Shown piece after piece: positions 49,463 to 58,916 of a DNA stretch of 64,000 bases (positions are counted from its first letter, which is position 1; each line of letters opens with the position of its first letter). The DNA is from Candidatus Bathyarchaeia archaeon (GTDB lineage: Archaea; Thermoproteota; Bathyarchaeia; Bathyarchaeales; Bathycorpusculaceae). The stretch spans positions 32,001 through 96,000 of the forward strand of contig JAVZLM010000005.1 of the NCBI GenBank assembly GCA_038883775.1, in the 5' to 3' direction. The notes under the pieces were generated by a model. That model was not told where the DNA came from. It was given only the letters and a program-made list of their open reading frames with translations, and ran no database searches. Made by a program: the position numbers and the translations under genes.

Positions 49463-50218
49463 ATGAGCACGCATGTTGATGAGTTAAAGCTTCGTTTGAT
49501 GACTATTGAACTGCTTAGGACGGCCAAGTATAAGCGGAATATTACTTATCGTGAGTTAGCTTCCAAAACTGGTTTGCCCGTAACTGTTTTGAGCAGATAT
49601 GCTAAAGGACACGTTTTGCCGAATACTGCGAGGGCAAGGCAGCTTTGGAAAGTTTTAAATAAGCTTGTTGGTTTGGAGACTGAATTGCGTAATAGGATAA
49701 AGTTTGATGAGGAAGGTTATTTTGATAATACTGATATTGTTGGGGATTTTAACATTTTACAGCAGGCGGCTAATCATGCCCTTGCAAATTTTGCAGGAAA
49801 ACGGGTTACAAAGGTTTTGACGGCGGCTGTGGATGGCATACCATTGGCAACTATGGTTGCCAGCGCTTTGGGAGTGAACCTCATAATTGCGAAGAGAAGC
49901 AAAGAAGTTGGAGTTAAGACTTTTTTGGAAGAAACTTATGCGCTTAGGGATTCAGGCGTAACCATGACGCTTTACATTCCAAAAGACGCCATCAAAAAGC
50001 GAGACAGCGTTTTGATAGTGGATGACATGATTAAGACTGGAGAAACCCAAGCGGCTTTGGTGAACCTTGTTAGAAAGGCAAAGGCTGAAATTTCAGGATT
50101 TTTTTCCCTTATAGCTGTGGGCGAAGAGTGGAAGAAGAAGCTTAAACTTTCTGGAGAATGCCCAATAGAGGTTATCACTTATGTTAAGGCGCCTTCGGAG
50201 CAGAGCACTCGCTTTTAA
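49463..50218 (+). CDS. HTH-phosphoribosyltransferase fusion (purine PRT/PurR-like)
   Basis: N-terminal HTH (YRELA..TGLP..VLSRY) and PRPP motif VLIVDDMIKTGET. Confidence 0.85.
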   Translation: MSTHVDELKLRLMTIELLRTAKYKRNITYRELASKTGLPVTVLSRYAKGHVLPNTARARQLWKVLNKLVGLETELRNRIKFDEEGYFDNTDIVGDFNILQQAANHALANFAGKRVTKVLTAAVDGIPLATMVASALGVNLIIAKRSKEVGVKTFLEETYALRDSGVTMTLYIPKDAIKKRDSVLIVDDMIKTGETQAALVNLVRKAKAEISGFFSLIAVGEEWKKKLKLSGECPIEVITYVKAPSEQSTRF

Positions 50219-50903
50219 CAGGACAAGAAGCACATTTGCCCTTTCTGCAAGAATCCTTGCCAAGCCTTAGCAGTGCTGTTTCAAAATTTATGAAGGATTT
50301 TCCTTCAACCTTGTTTCTGAGCCAAAAATCCTCTAATTGTTTTAAGGCGTTTTCGCGTTTTTCTTTTTTGATTATTCCAAGGTTTTTTGCTGCAAGCAGA
50401 ACGAGGCTTGTTGGTTCTAGTTTGGCTTTACCCCATATATCGCGGAGTTCTCTTAAGAAAATGTTTACTGTTACTTCTCCAATGCCCTTCCCCAAACTTT
50501 TTAGGCGACTTTTCAAGTCTTGCATGTCTGAAGCTTGGTTGTAGAGGAGGGTTAGGCTTCCATTGTATTTTTGAGTGAGGTTTTGCATAACTTCGAGGAG
50601 TTTGTCTGCAGTTTTAAAGTCGTAACGTGTGTAGCTTCCTTCATCTAATATTCTGACAAGTCCGTCCCATCCAGTTTGGAGAATTCGCTGAGGCGTTAAT
50701 ACACCATATTTTTGGAAGCACTTGTAGGTTTTAATGACGGAGTTTTCTGTTATTGGAGCGCCAAAAAGTATTGAGGCAAAAAACCATTTGAAAATTTCTT
50801 CGTCTTTGCCGCTTGCTAGATCGATGTCTAATGTTTCAGCGTATCTTTTTCCAAAATTTTCCACAAGAATCCTAAGGCTTTCCTTTCTCATAACGAGGTT
50901 CAC
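50184..50903 (-). CDS. HhH-GPD-like DNA glycosylase fold protein with C-terminal Fe-S motif
   Basis: GYTRYD-like segment, KGIGEVT and C-x4-C-x2-C-x5-C. Confidence 0.75.
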   Translation of the reverse strand: MNLVMRKESLRILVENFGKRYAETLDIDLASGKDEEIFKWFFASILFGAPITENSVIKTYKCFQKYGVLTPQRILQTGWDGLVRILDEGSYTRYDFKTADKLLEVMQNLTQKYNGSLTLLYNQASDMQDLKSRLKSLGKGIGEVTVNIFLRELRDIWGKAKLEPTSLVLLAAKNLGIIKKEKRENALKQLEDFWLRNKVEGKSFINFETALLRLGKDSCRKGKCASCPVKSECSAPKAP

Positions 50904-50958
50904 TTTCTAACATATTTTATACTCGTTCCGGCATAAACAATTTACTGAGGCAAACGCG

Positions 50959-51975
50959 ATGCTAACTCACACGATTGAATGGCATGACGGAAAAGTACTA
51001 ACCATAGACCAGTCAAAGCTTCCATGGGAAACCATAATGCTTGAGATGAAAAGTTGTGATGATGTGGCTGAAGCCATAAAAACAATGAAAATCAGAGGCG
51101 CACCTCTTTTAGGCGCTGCTGCAGCCTTCGCATTGGCTTTAACAGCCTACCACTCGAAAAATAAAAGTAAAGAGGGGCTTCTTCAAGAATTGGAGAACAC
51201 TGCTGAAGTTTTGAGAAGTACAAGACCGACTGGTGTTAACCTTTTCTGGGCTGTAGACAGAATTTTAGCTAAGGCAAGGGATTTTTCAGGAAGCGCTGAG
51301 GCTTTAGCTGCTTTTGTTGTCGAGGAAGCGAAGAGAATAGCTGACGAAGATGCTGCGGCAAACCGCATGATTGGAAAGTTTGGCGCCGAACTCATCCGTG
51401 ACGGAGATGTTGTCCTAACCCATTGCAATGCTGGCGCTTTAGCAACTGTTGAGTATGGCACTGCTCTTGGAGTCATAAGGGCTGCTTGGGAACAAGGTAA
51501 AAAAATTAGGGTTATCGCCACAGAAACGCGTCCAAAATTGCAAGGGGCAAGGTTAACAACTTATGAGCTTAAGCGGGAGGGAATTCCGGTTACTTTGATT
51601 ACTGATAACATGGTTGGTTATGTCATGTTTAAGCGAATAGTTAGTAAGGTGATTGTTGGTGCTGACAGAATAGTTCAAGATGCAGTCATAAACAAGATTG
51701 GAACTTTCACAGTGGCTGTTTTAGCCAAAGAGCATCGTATACCCTTCTATGTGGCGGCTCCAAAATCCACCTTTGATTTAAAGCATAAGTCTGCAGACGT
51801 CATTATTGAAGAGCGGAACCCAGAAGAAGTAACCCATGTAGGTTCGCTGCGTATTGCCGCTGAAAGTGTGGACGCTTTGAATCCAGCATTTGACATAACT
51901 CCACTTAAATATGTGACAGCAATAATCTGCGAAAGCGGGATTCTATATAAGAAGGACTTTGATAAGTTTAAATGA
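50959..51975 (+). CDS. mtnA: Methylthioribose-1-phosphate isomerase
   Basis: IRGAP, RPTGVNL, THCNAGALAT, ETRP.LQGARLT and NPAFDITP. Confidence 0.92.
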   Translation: MLTHTIEWHDGKVLTIDQSKLPWETIMLEMKSCDDVAEAIKTMKIRGAPLLGAAAAFALALTAYHSKNKSKEGLLQELENTAEVLRSTRPTGVNLFWAVDRILAKARDFSGSAEALAAFVVEEAKRIADEDAAANRMIGKFGAELIRDGDVVLTHCNAGALATVEYGTALGVIRAAWEQGKKIRVIATETRPKLQGARLTTYELKREGIPVTLITDNMVGYVMFKRIVSKVIVGADRIVQDAVINKIGTFTVAVLAKEHRIPFYVAAPKSTFDLKHKSADVIIEERNPEEVTHVGSLRIAAESVDALNPAFDITPLKYVTAIICESGILYKKDFDKFK

Positions 51976-52000
51976 AATTTGGCGACGGTTGATGGTTTAA

Positions 52001-52555
52001 ATGAGCAAAAGCAAAGGAAAAGTTTCTGGCAACACAGAACTCAAAGTTAAGGGACTACTTGCGGAGAAGGGTGTGCACATTCCAAAAAGCCAGAATATAG
52101 AGGGCATTTCTTCAAGAGGATATGGCACGATAGAAAATGATGAACTTCTGCTAACTTTTTATGAGGCATTATATCTTTTGGAAAAGAAAATACTTGAAAT
52201 CGAAGATGAAAAAGGAGAAGCCGTGGATTTTCAGAGGCTTCTACGTTGCTATGAGGCTGTTAATGAAAATGCTTGGGCTGCATACTTAACCTATCGCGAT
52301 TTAAGAAGCCGTGGGTATGTGGTGCGGGAGGGTTTTGGTTTAGGCGTTGATTTTCGAGTTTATGAGAGAGGCGAGTATGGCAAAGACACGGCTAAATATT
52401 TAGTCTTAAACATTCAAGAAGGAAAGCCTATCTCATTGGAGGATTTAACCCGTGCCATGATGCAGTGTCAAAGCCTCAAAAAGGAGTTGGTTTTGGCTGT
52501 CATTAATCGCAGGGGAGAAATAGTTTACTATTCAGTTTCTCAGCTACAAATCTAA
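52001..52555 (+). CDS. endA: tRNA splicing endonuclease subunit, probably the structural (beta) subunit
   Basis: EALYL, Y.DLRSRGYVV and DFRVY; the catalytic Tyr and His are not visible. Confidence 0.8.
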   Translation: MSKSKGKVSGNTELKVKGLLAEKGVHIPKSQNIEGISSRGYGTIENDELLLTFYEALYLLEKKILEIEDEKGEAVDFQRLLRCYEAVNENAWAAYLTYRDLRSRGYVVREGFGLGVDFRVYERGEYGKDTAKYLVLNIQEGKPISLEDLTRAMMQCQSLKKELVLAVINRRGEIVYYSVSQLQI

Positions 52556-52673
52556 GTTTAAACTTATTTTACATTAAGCACTTTGTATCGCATAATTTCT
52601 TGTGCGGTTTGCAAAGCTAAAATGCCAATAAAAAAGAGGGTTCAAAGCGTCAAACTAGTTTTCTATGTTTGAG

Positions 52674-53018
52674 TTAGATAAGTGCTAATAATCCAATGCC
52701 TATCAATGCAAGTATTGCAACTATTACTATGAAGATTATTACTGCGATGATGGCGATTGCCAATGCCATTATCCATCCACAATCAAAGAAATGTTTAATC
52801 AATGCAAGCCATATAATGAGCATTATAACTGCTGCAATTAAGCCACCGATGAAACTTCCAATGACCGTACCTAATATCGTTCCGAGAATCACTATCCATA
52901 TTGCATCAGTGAACTTTGCTTTGTCTTTTCCCACCAGTGCTCTTCCAGCTAACCAAAGGACTGGGGCGACAATTATTGTTCCTACGACGATCTGAATTAA
53001 TAGTGCAACAAGATCCGT
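52674..53018 (-). CDS. Small multi-TM membrane protein; proposed ACG start at 53018
   Basis: The hydrophobic frame extends upstream of the track start 52934 to SD AGGTGA (53030-53025). Confidence 0.65.
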   Translation of the reverse strand, partial: TDLVALLIQIVVGTIIVAPVLWLAGRALVGKDKAKFTDAIWIVILGTILGTVIGSFIGGLIAAVIMLIIWLALIKHFFDCGWIMALAIAIIAVIIFIVIVAILALIGIGLLALI

Positions 53019-53210
53019 TTCAAATCACCTTTTAGGCAGTACCTTTGTGGGTGTATCCTTATAAATCTAATCCGTTGGTTAAGCAACCAACATTAAAAAC
53101 AAACATATAAACCAAGACATGTACAAAATATCGGGAAGAAATTAAAATAGATATGCAATATCTTTACTATTCAGTTTCGCACTTGCCCTTAAAATGATGG
53201 AGAATTTGGC

Positions 53211-54497
53211 ATGTCTCAATTTAAAACTGTTAGGGGAATGAGGGATTTCCTGCCAGAAGAAGCCAAAATGATGAAGTACATCGAAGCCAAAGCAAGGCGA
53301 GTGGCTGAGCTTTACGGATATCAAGAAATCATAACGCCCGTCGTAGAGTCCTATGAACTTTTGGCAGCAAAGAGTGGTGAAGAAATTCGTTCAAGAATGT
53401 TTGCCTTCAGAGATTTGGGCGACCGAATGGTTGCTCTACGCCCAGAGTTTACAGCTTCAGTTGCAAGACTTGTTGCAACCACTTTAAAAAATGAGCCAAA
53501 ACCATTGAGGCTTTTTTCTGTAGGAAGCGTTTACCGCTATGACGAGCCCCAACGGGGACGCTATAGAGAGTTTTGGCAATCAAACTACGAGTTGATGGGT
53601 TCAGACAAGCCCGAAGCAGACGCTGAAATACTGATGCTAACAAACAGTCTAATGAAAAACGTTGGGCTGAGGAATTGCGCTTTTAAAATTGGACATGTCG
53701 GAGTCTTAAGGGGCGTCATGGCGGAGGAAAATTTGGATGAGAAAACACAAAATGCAGCTATGCAACTAATGGACAAGAAACTGTATGATGAGGCCATTAA
53801 CTTGGTAAAAGATTCGGGAGTCAAAGAAAAGTGCATAAAAACTCTCCAAAAATTGGTTGAGCTTAAAGGCGGTGACATTTTTGAAACCGTTAAAAGAATG
53901 AAAGAGTGTGTTATGGGTTACGAAAAAGCTGAGGCTGCTGTAGAAAACCTTCATGAAATTTTAAAGCTTGTTTCGGAAAGCAAAAGCAAAATCGCCTTTG
54001 TAGTTGATGCTGGTTTTGCGAGGGGACTTGAATATTATACTGGAATGATTTTTGAAGTTAGTGTGCCAGAAATAGACATAGCCTTGGGCGGAGGCGGAAG
54101 ATACGATAGGCTTATTGAATTGTTTGGTGGCGAACCCACACCAGCGGTTGGAGTAGCCCATGGAATAGATAGGATAATGTTAGCCATGCAAACTCAAAAA
54201 ATCTCCATCGAGAAAAGAGAGGAAAATAGGGTTATGGTGATTCCAACAAAAGATGAGTTGATTGGAAAGGCTATGGAAATTTCACGAAGGCTACGAGATG
54301 CGGACATACCAACAGAAGTTGAGGTTATGGGTCGAAAAATAACTAAAGCCTTAGAGGATGCGGACAGAAGAGGGGTAAAGTATGCGATAATAGTTGGAGA
54401 AAAGGAGCTAAAAGAGGATGCTGTGGTTGTCCGAGATTTAATGAAGCGGGAGCAGAAAACTGTAAAAATTGAAAAAATAGTAGAGGAAATAGCCTAG
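53211..54497 (+). CDS. hisS: Histidine--tRNA ligase
   Basis: RGMRD, LRPEFT, GRYREF, RGLEYYTG and GGGRYD. Confidence 0.97.
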   Translation: MSQFKTVRGMRDFLPEEAKMMKYIEAKARRVAELYGYQEIITPVVESYELLAAKSGEEIRSRMFAFRDLGDRMVALRPEFTASVARLVATTLKNEPKPLRLFSVGSVYRYDEPQRGRYREFWQSNYELMGSDKPEADAEILMLTNSLMKNVGLRNCAFKIGHVGVLRGVMAEENLDEKTQNAAMQLMDKKLYDEAINLVKDSGVKEKCIKTLQKLVELKGGDIFETVKRMKECVMGYEKAEAAVENLHEILKLVSESKSKIAFVVDAGFARGLEYYTGMIFEVSVPEIDIALGGGGRYDRLIELFGGEPTPAVGVAHGIDRIMLAMQTQKISIEKREENRVMVIPTKDELIGKAMEISRRLRDADIPTEVEVMGRKITKALEDADRRGVKYAIIVGEKELKEDAVVVRDLMKREQKTVKIEKIVEEIA

Positions 54498-54964
54498 ATT
54501 TGATGTCTTTCTCTCCTTAGAAAATCGCCTACATCAGAAATGTTTTTTACAGCAACGCCTTCCACAATTTCATCCAAATTGCCCAAAATCTTACCGAAGC
54601 CTAGGCACTCGCCATGCTGGTTTAGGATAAGCGCATAATCACCTTTCTTTTTTGAACCGACAATTTTTGTTATTCCTTGCTTGAATAGGTCTCTTCCACA
54701 AATAAAGAGCCACTCGGACCATTTGTCAACAAAAATTTTGTTTGCCTTTTCCTTTGCGATCATCGATAAAAGGTTAAAGCTTGGGAAAAATTTTCCATCT
54801 TTGACTTTTCCAAGATAAACTCCAGCGTAAAAGAAGTCCTTTCCAACCAGAGTTTTCAGTCTCTCATTGAGAAGAAAGTATCTGTTTCCTCTTTTCGCTA
54901 TGAGATTCTCATTTAGCGTAATTTTTGCGCCAAATCGGCTCACAAATTTCTTTAAAAATTTCAT
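54494..54964 (-). CDS. NIP7-like PUA-domain ribosome biogenesis protein
   Basis: AGVYLG, EWLFICGRD and DVGDFLRRE. Confidence 0.8.
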   Translation of the reverse strand: MKFLKKFVSRFGAKITLNENLIAKRGNRYFLLNERLKTLVGKDFFYAGVYLGKVKDGKFFPSFNLLSMIAKEKANKIFVDKWSEWLFICGRDLFKQGITKIVGSKKKGDYALILNQHGECLGFGKILGNLDEIVEGVAVKNISDVGDFLRRERHQI

Positions 54965-55872
54965 CTTATCCGCGCATCCTTCTTGAGTTTGCAGACAAAG
55001 AAACCTTGAGTTTTACCCGGCCAAATTCTCCTACAATTCTCTATTTGATCGTCAAGCTTTCTTCCAAAAATCTCGGTCGAGGGAGGCTCACCATAACAAT
55101 CGATTTTTTCCACGTGAAGCCCGAGGTTTTTTATTGCCCAATCAATGATTAATTCGTCTTCTTCGGGTTCAAGGGAGCACGTTGAATAGACTATTTCTCC
55201 ATCATCCTTCAAAACTTTCGCTGCTTCAGCCAATATTTCTTTTTGGCATTTCGCATTCTTCTCAATATCTTTGATCGTTCTGCGTTTGAACCAGTATTCG
55301 TCTGTGGAAAAGTTGCCAGAACATGGAACATCCAATAATATGCGATCAAACTTCATTTTCAATTTGGAGGCATGCCGCGCATCTGAATTATAAACTATCG
55401 TGTTTTTCACGTGGCATCGCTCAAGTTGATTTGAAAGGGCGGTTAATCTCCGCAATTTAACGTCTAAAGCTATAATTACGCCGGTGTTCTCCATCAAATC
55501 TGCCAATTGAACAGTTTTTCCTCCAGGAGCCGCACAAGCATCCAAAACAATTTTGTCTTTCAAATCTGTGAAAAGCGTTGGTGGAATCTGGGATGCTGCT
55601 TCTTGAATTGAATAATAGCCTAAAAGGTATTCTGTTGTTGCGCCAACGGAAAATTCTGAATGAGATACCCAATAGCCCTTTTCTAAGAAGGGGATTTTCT
55701 CAAGTCCAATTCCCAAAGATTGTAATCTTTTAACGATTTCTTCTTCCTCGGCGTTCGTGGAGTTTATCCTAATGGCTGGTTTAGGCTTTACATCCTCATA
55801 TTTCCAGCCGAGCATTTCATAGCGGTTTACAAAAAACTCTTTTCCAGACATCAACAATGAATAATCAAGCAT
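54961..55872 (-). CDS. RsmB/NOP2 family RNA m5C methyltransferase
   Basis: DACAAPGGKT, DVPCSG and YSTCS. Confidence 0.93.
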   Translation of the reverse strand: MLDYSLLMSGKEFFVNRYEMLGWKYEDVKPKPAIRINSTNAEEEEIVKRLQSLGIGLEKIPFLEKGYWVSHSEFSVGATTEYLLGYYSIQEAASQIPPTLFTDLKDKIVLDACAAPGGKTVQLADLMENTGVIIALDVKLRRLTALSNQLERCHVKNTIVYNSDARHASKLKMKFDRILLDVPCSGNFSTDEYWFKRRTIKDIEKNAKCQKEILAEAAKVLKDDGEIVYSTCSLEPEEDELIIDWAIKNLGLHVEKIDCYGEPPSTEIFGRKLDDQIENCRRIWPGKTQGFFVCKLKKDARIR

Positions 55873-55936
55873 AGGATAAAAAGTTTAGTTCAACAAGTTT
55901 TAAATTACGAAGTATTCAGCATATTAACGTGGTTTA

Positions 55937-56386
55937 ATGAAGAAAAAATATGCTTTCATCATAATGGTTAAGGAGAAATGGTGGCGCGAATTCTGCCGTC
56001 TTAGCCACGAAGGAAGACAAGTGCACTCTTATGTTGGCGGTCCGCGAGCGCCTCCCAAAAATACTTCTTTACTTATCTTTTACGTTTCAAAACCCGTAGC
56101 CGAGATAGGTGGTTATGCAGAGTTTATTGAAAGGAAAGTTGGAAAGTCTGAAGAGTTATGGAAGGAATACGGCAGTGAATCGGTTTTAAGCTCTGCGGAA
56201 CAATACTTTCAATTCGTTAAAGATAAACAGCAAGTTTCCTTTATAAGATTCAAAAACCTTCGAGAAGCAGCCAACCCCATACCGCTTAATAATGCTCGTT
56301 TACTTTTGGGCGTTAACAGATTAGCCCGAGGAGGCTTTTACGTAGATAAGGAAACTGCGGAAAAAATGATTACATTAATGGAATAA
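55937..56386 (+). CDS. PUA-like (EVE/ASCH/DUF365-like) domain protein
   Basis: LIFYVSKP..EIGG.A, ELW..YG and PIPL. Confidence 0.6.
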   Translation: MKKKYAFIIMVKEKWWREFCRLSHEGRQVHSYVGGPRAPPKNTSLLIFYVSKPVAEIGGYAEFIERKVGKSEELWKEYGSESVLSSAEQYFQFVKDKQQVSFIRFKNLREAANPIPLNNARLLLGVNRLARGGFYVDKETAEKMITLME

Positions 56387-56528
56387 GAGTTATAACAAAA
56401 AGTTAATAGGTTACATTTCGCTTTTCCATGTAGCTCTTTTCAGAGAGCGAAATAACAATGATTAAAGAAACTAAAACAGAACATTCCATCAAAAAATCCA
56501 ATTTAATTAGCATGGGGAAGGTTTAACC

Positions 56529-58745
56529 ATGGGACGTTACAGACAAATTGAAGACATCGTCAAACTGATGAATAATCCAGAAATAATCCGAAACACAAGC
56601 ATAATAGCCCATGTAGACCACGGAAAAACAACGCTTTCAGACAGCCTTTTGGCTGCGGCCGGCATTATAAGCGAACAAAGAGCCGGGCAACAGCTTTATC
56701 TTGACAGTTGGGAACTTGAACAAAAGAGGCAGATGACAGTTTTCGCCTCCAACATAAGCATGGTTCACACTTACAATGGGAAAGAACATCTCATAAACTT
56801 AATTGACACGCCGGGACACATAGACTTCAGTGGAGCAGTAACAAGAAGTCTCCGCGCGGTGGACGGCGCATTAGTGGTTGTTGATGCAGTAGAAGGTCCT
56901 ATGACGCAGACAGAAACGGTTTTAATGCAAGCCCTCAGAGAAAGGGTCAAGCCTATTCTTTACATAAACAAGGTTGACAGACTCATAAAAGAGATAAAAT
57001 TAACACCCGAAGAAATACAGCGAAAATTTGCGAAAATAATTGTACGCATAAACAGCCTCATAGAAAAATATGCACCGCCAGAGCATAAAAAGGACTGGCA
57101 AGTCAAAGTGGAAGACGGACGAGTAGCCTTCGGCTCAGCTCTCCACAAATGGGGACTAAACCTACCTCATATGAAAGCAAGAGGCATAACCTTCCAAGAA
57201 ATCATCGACGCCTATACGGGAGAACCAGAAGAAATCGCAAAGAAAGTGGATGCCCTAAGCAAAAAAGCCCCTCTATACGAGCCAATATTGGACATGTTCT
57301 GCGAACATTTGCCAAACCCATTAGACGCCCAACCATATAGGCAAAGCCAAATCTGGCCCGGAGACTTGAATAGCCCAGTAGGCAAAGCCATGGCAAAAGT
57401 TGACCCAACAGGGCCTCTTCTCATGTGCATAACAACAATTGAAGTTGACCCTCACAGCGGTGTCATAGCCATAGGAAGAGTTTTCAGCGGCACAGTTAAG
57501 AAAGGAAAAACCGTCAGTCTCATAAACAGTCGCCAAAAGGGAACAATCCAGCAAGTTTACATGAGCATGGCAGCCGACAGAGTCATCGTAGACGAGATTC
57601 CAGCGGGAAACATAGCCGCCTTATCAGGGTTACCATCAATTCATGTGGGTGAAACTGTGGCAGAAGAAGGTGTGGAAACGCAACCCTTTGAAGGATTAAA
57701 ATACGTTTCAGACCCAGTAGTCACAGTGGCAGTAGAGCCAGAAGACGTAAAAGACCTACCACTCTTCGACAAAGTAATCCACAAACTAACATTAGAAGAC
57801 CCAAACCTTCACTTCGTAATAAATAAGGAGAGCGGAGAATACCTCCTAAGCGGCATGGGCGAACTCCACCTAGAAGTCACAGCCTACCGCATGCAAGAAG
57901 CAGGACTGAAAGTGAAAATAAGCAAACCCATAGTAATTTACCGCGAAACTATAAGCCACGACTACAAAGGACCACCAATAATGGGCAAAAGCCCCAACAA
58001 ACACAACCGCCTATGGGTAACCATAGAAAAACTGCCAGAAGAAGTCATAGAAGCCATAAGAACAGGAAAAATCAACGAAATGCAAACCCGCGACGAAAGA
58101 GCAAAAATTTTAAGGCAGTTCGGATGGTCAACCGAAGACGCCCGCAACGTCATAGCCATAGAAGGCACAAACATACTAGTAAACAGAATAAAGGGAAGGC
58201 AATACGTGGAAGAAATTATAGACCATGTGAAATCAGGTTTCCGCGAAGCCGTTTACACGTCAGTTTTAGCAAAAGAACCAGCCTATGGATTAAAAGTTAA
58301 CCTAGAAGATATACTAGTCCACGAAGACCCAGTTCACAGAGGCCCAGCCCAAATACTTCCCATGACTTGGCGTCCCATATGGTGCTGTTTCCTATTAAGC
58401 GACCCAAAACTGTTAGAACCAATCCTAAACTTCGAATGTAAGGTTCCAAATCAATTTGTAAGCAACGTCATCGCCATAGTACAGAAACGCAGAGGAAAAA
58501 TCCTAGACATGATAAACGAAGAAGACATGGTAATAGTAAAAGCCGAAATGCCAGTAGCCGAATCCTTCGGACTAGCAGACGAACTTCGCTCATCAACCCA
58601 AGGAAGAGCCTTCTGGGCAACACAATTCAGCCGTTGGGCACCAGTTCCAGAATCAATGCAAGCCGAAATAATAGCTCAAATACGCAAACGCAGAGGCCTG
58701 AGCCCAACACCACCAAGAGCAGAAGAATTCTACGAAGAAGCCTAA
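56529..58745 (+). CDS. fusA: Elongation factor 2 homologue (possibly a paralogue)
   Basis: AHVDHGKT, DTPGH, NKVD, GMGELHL and HEDPVHRG. Confidence 0.92.
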   Translation: MGRYRQIEDIVKLMNNPEIIRNTSIIAHVDHGKTTLSDSLLAAAGIISEQRAGQQLYLDSWELEQKRQMTVFASNISMVHTYNGKEHLINLIDTPGHIDFSGAVTRSLRAVDGALVVVDAVEGPMTQTETVLMQALRERVKPILYINKVDRLIKEIKLTPEEIQRKFAKIIVRINSLIEKYAPPEHKKDWQVKVEDGRVAFGSALHKWGLNLPHMKARGITFQEIIDAYTGEPEEIAKKVDALSKKAPLYEPILDMFCEHLPNPLDAQPYRQSQIWPGDLNSPVGKAMAKVDPTGPLLMCITTIEVDPHSGVIAIGRVFSGTVKKGKTVSLINSRQKGTIQQVYMSMAADRVIVDEIPAGNIAALSGLPSIHVGETVAEEGVETQPFEGLKYVSDPVVTVAVEPEDVKDLPLFDKVIHKLTLEDPNLHFVINKESGEYLLSGMGELHLEVTAYRMQEAGLKVKISKPIVIYRETISHDYKGPPIMGKSPNKHNRLWVTIEKLPEEVIEAIRTGKINEMQTRDERAKILRQFGWSTEDARNVIAIEGTNILVNRIKGRQYVEEIIDHVKSGFREAVYTSVLAKEPAYGLKVNLEDILVHEDPVHRGPAQILPMTWRPIWCCFLLSDPKLLEPILNFECKVPNQFVSNVIAIVQKRRGKILDMINEEDMVIVKAEMPVAESFGLADELRSSTQGRAFWATQFSRWAPVPESMQAEIIAQIRKRRGLSPTPPRAEEFYEEA

Positions 58746-58805
58746 AAACCATACCATCAAATATGCTATCCTTTCATACTCATAAATGAAGCACCTAAAG
58801 AATTT

Positions 58806-58882
58806 TGGTGCGGTCGCCGGGATTTGAACCCGGGTCGTCAGCGTGGGAGGCTGATGTCCTAACCATGCTAGACGACGACCGC
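58806..58882 (-). tRNA. tRNA-Gly(CCC); CCA encoded
   Basis: GCGGTCG/CGACCGC-A-CCA; TCAGC-CTCCCAC-GCTGA. Confidence 0.95.
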
Positions 58883-58916
58883 ATTAGAAGCTAAAAACCT
58901 TTTAAATTTTTATGCG

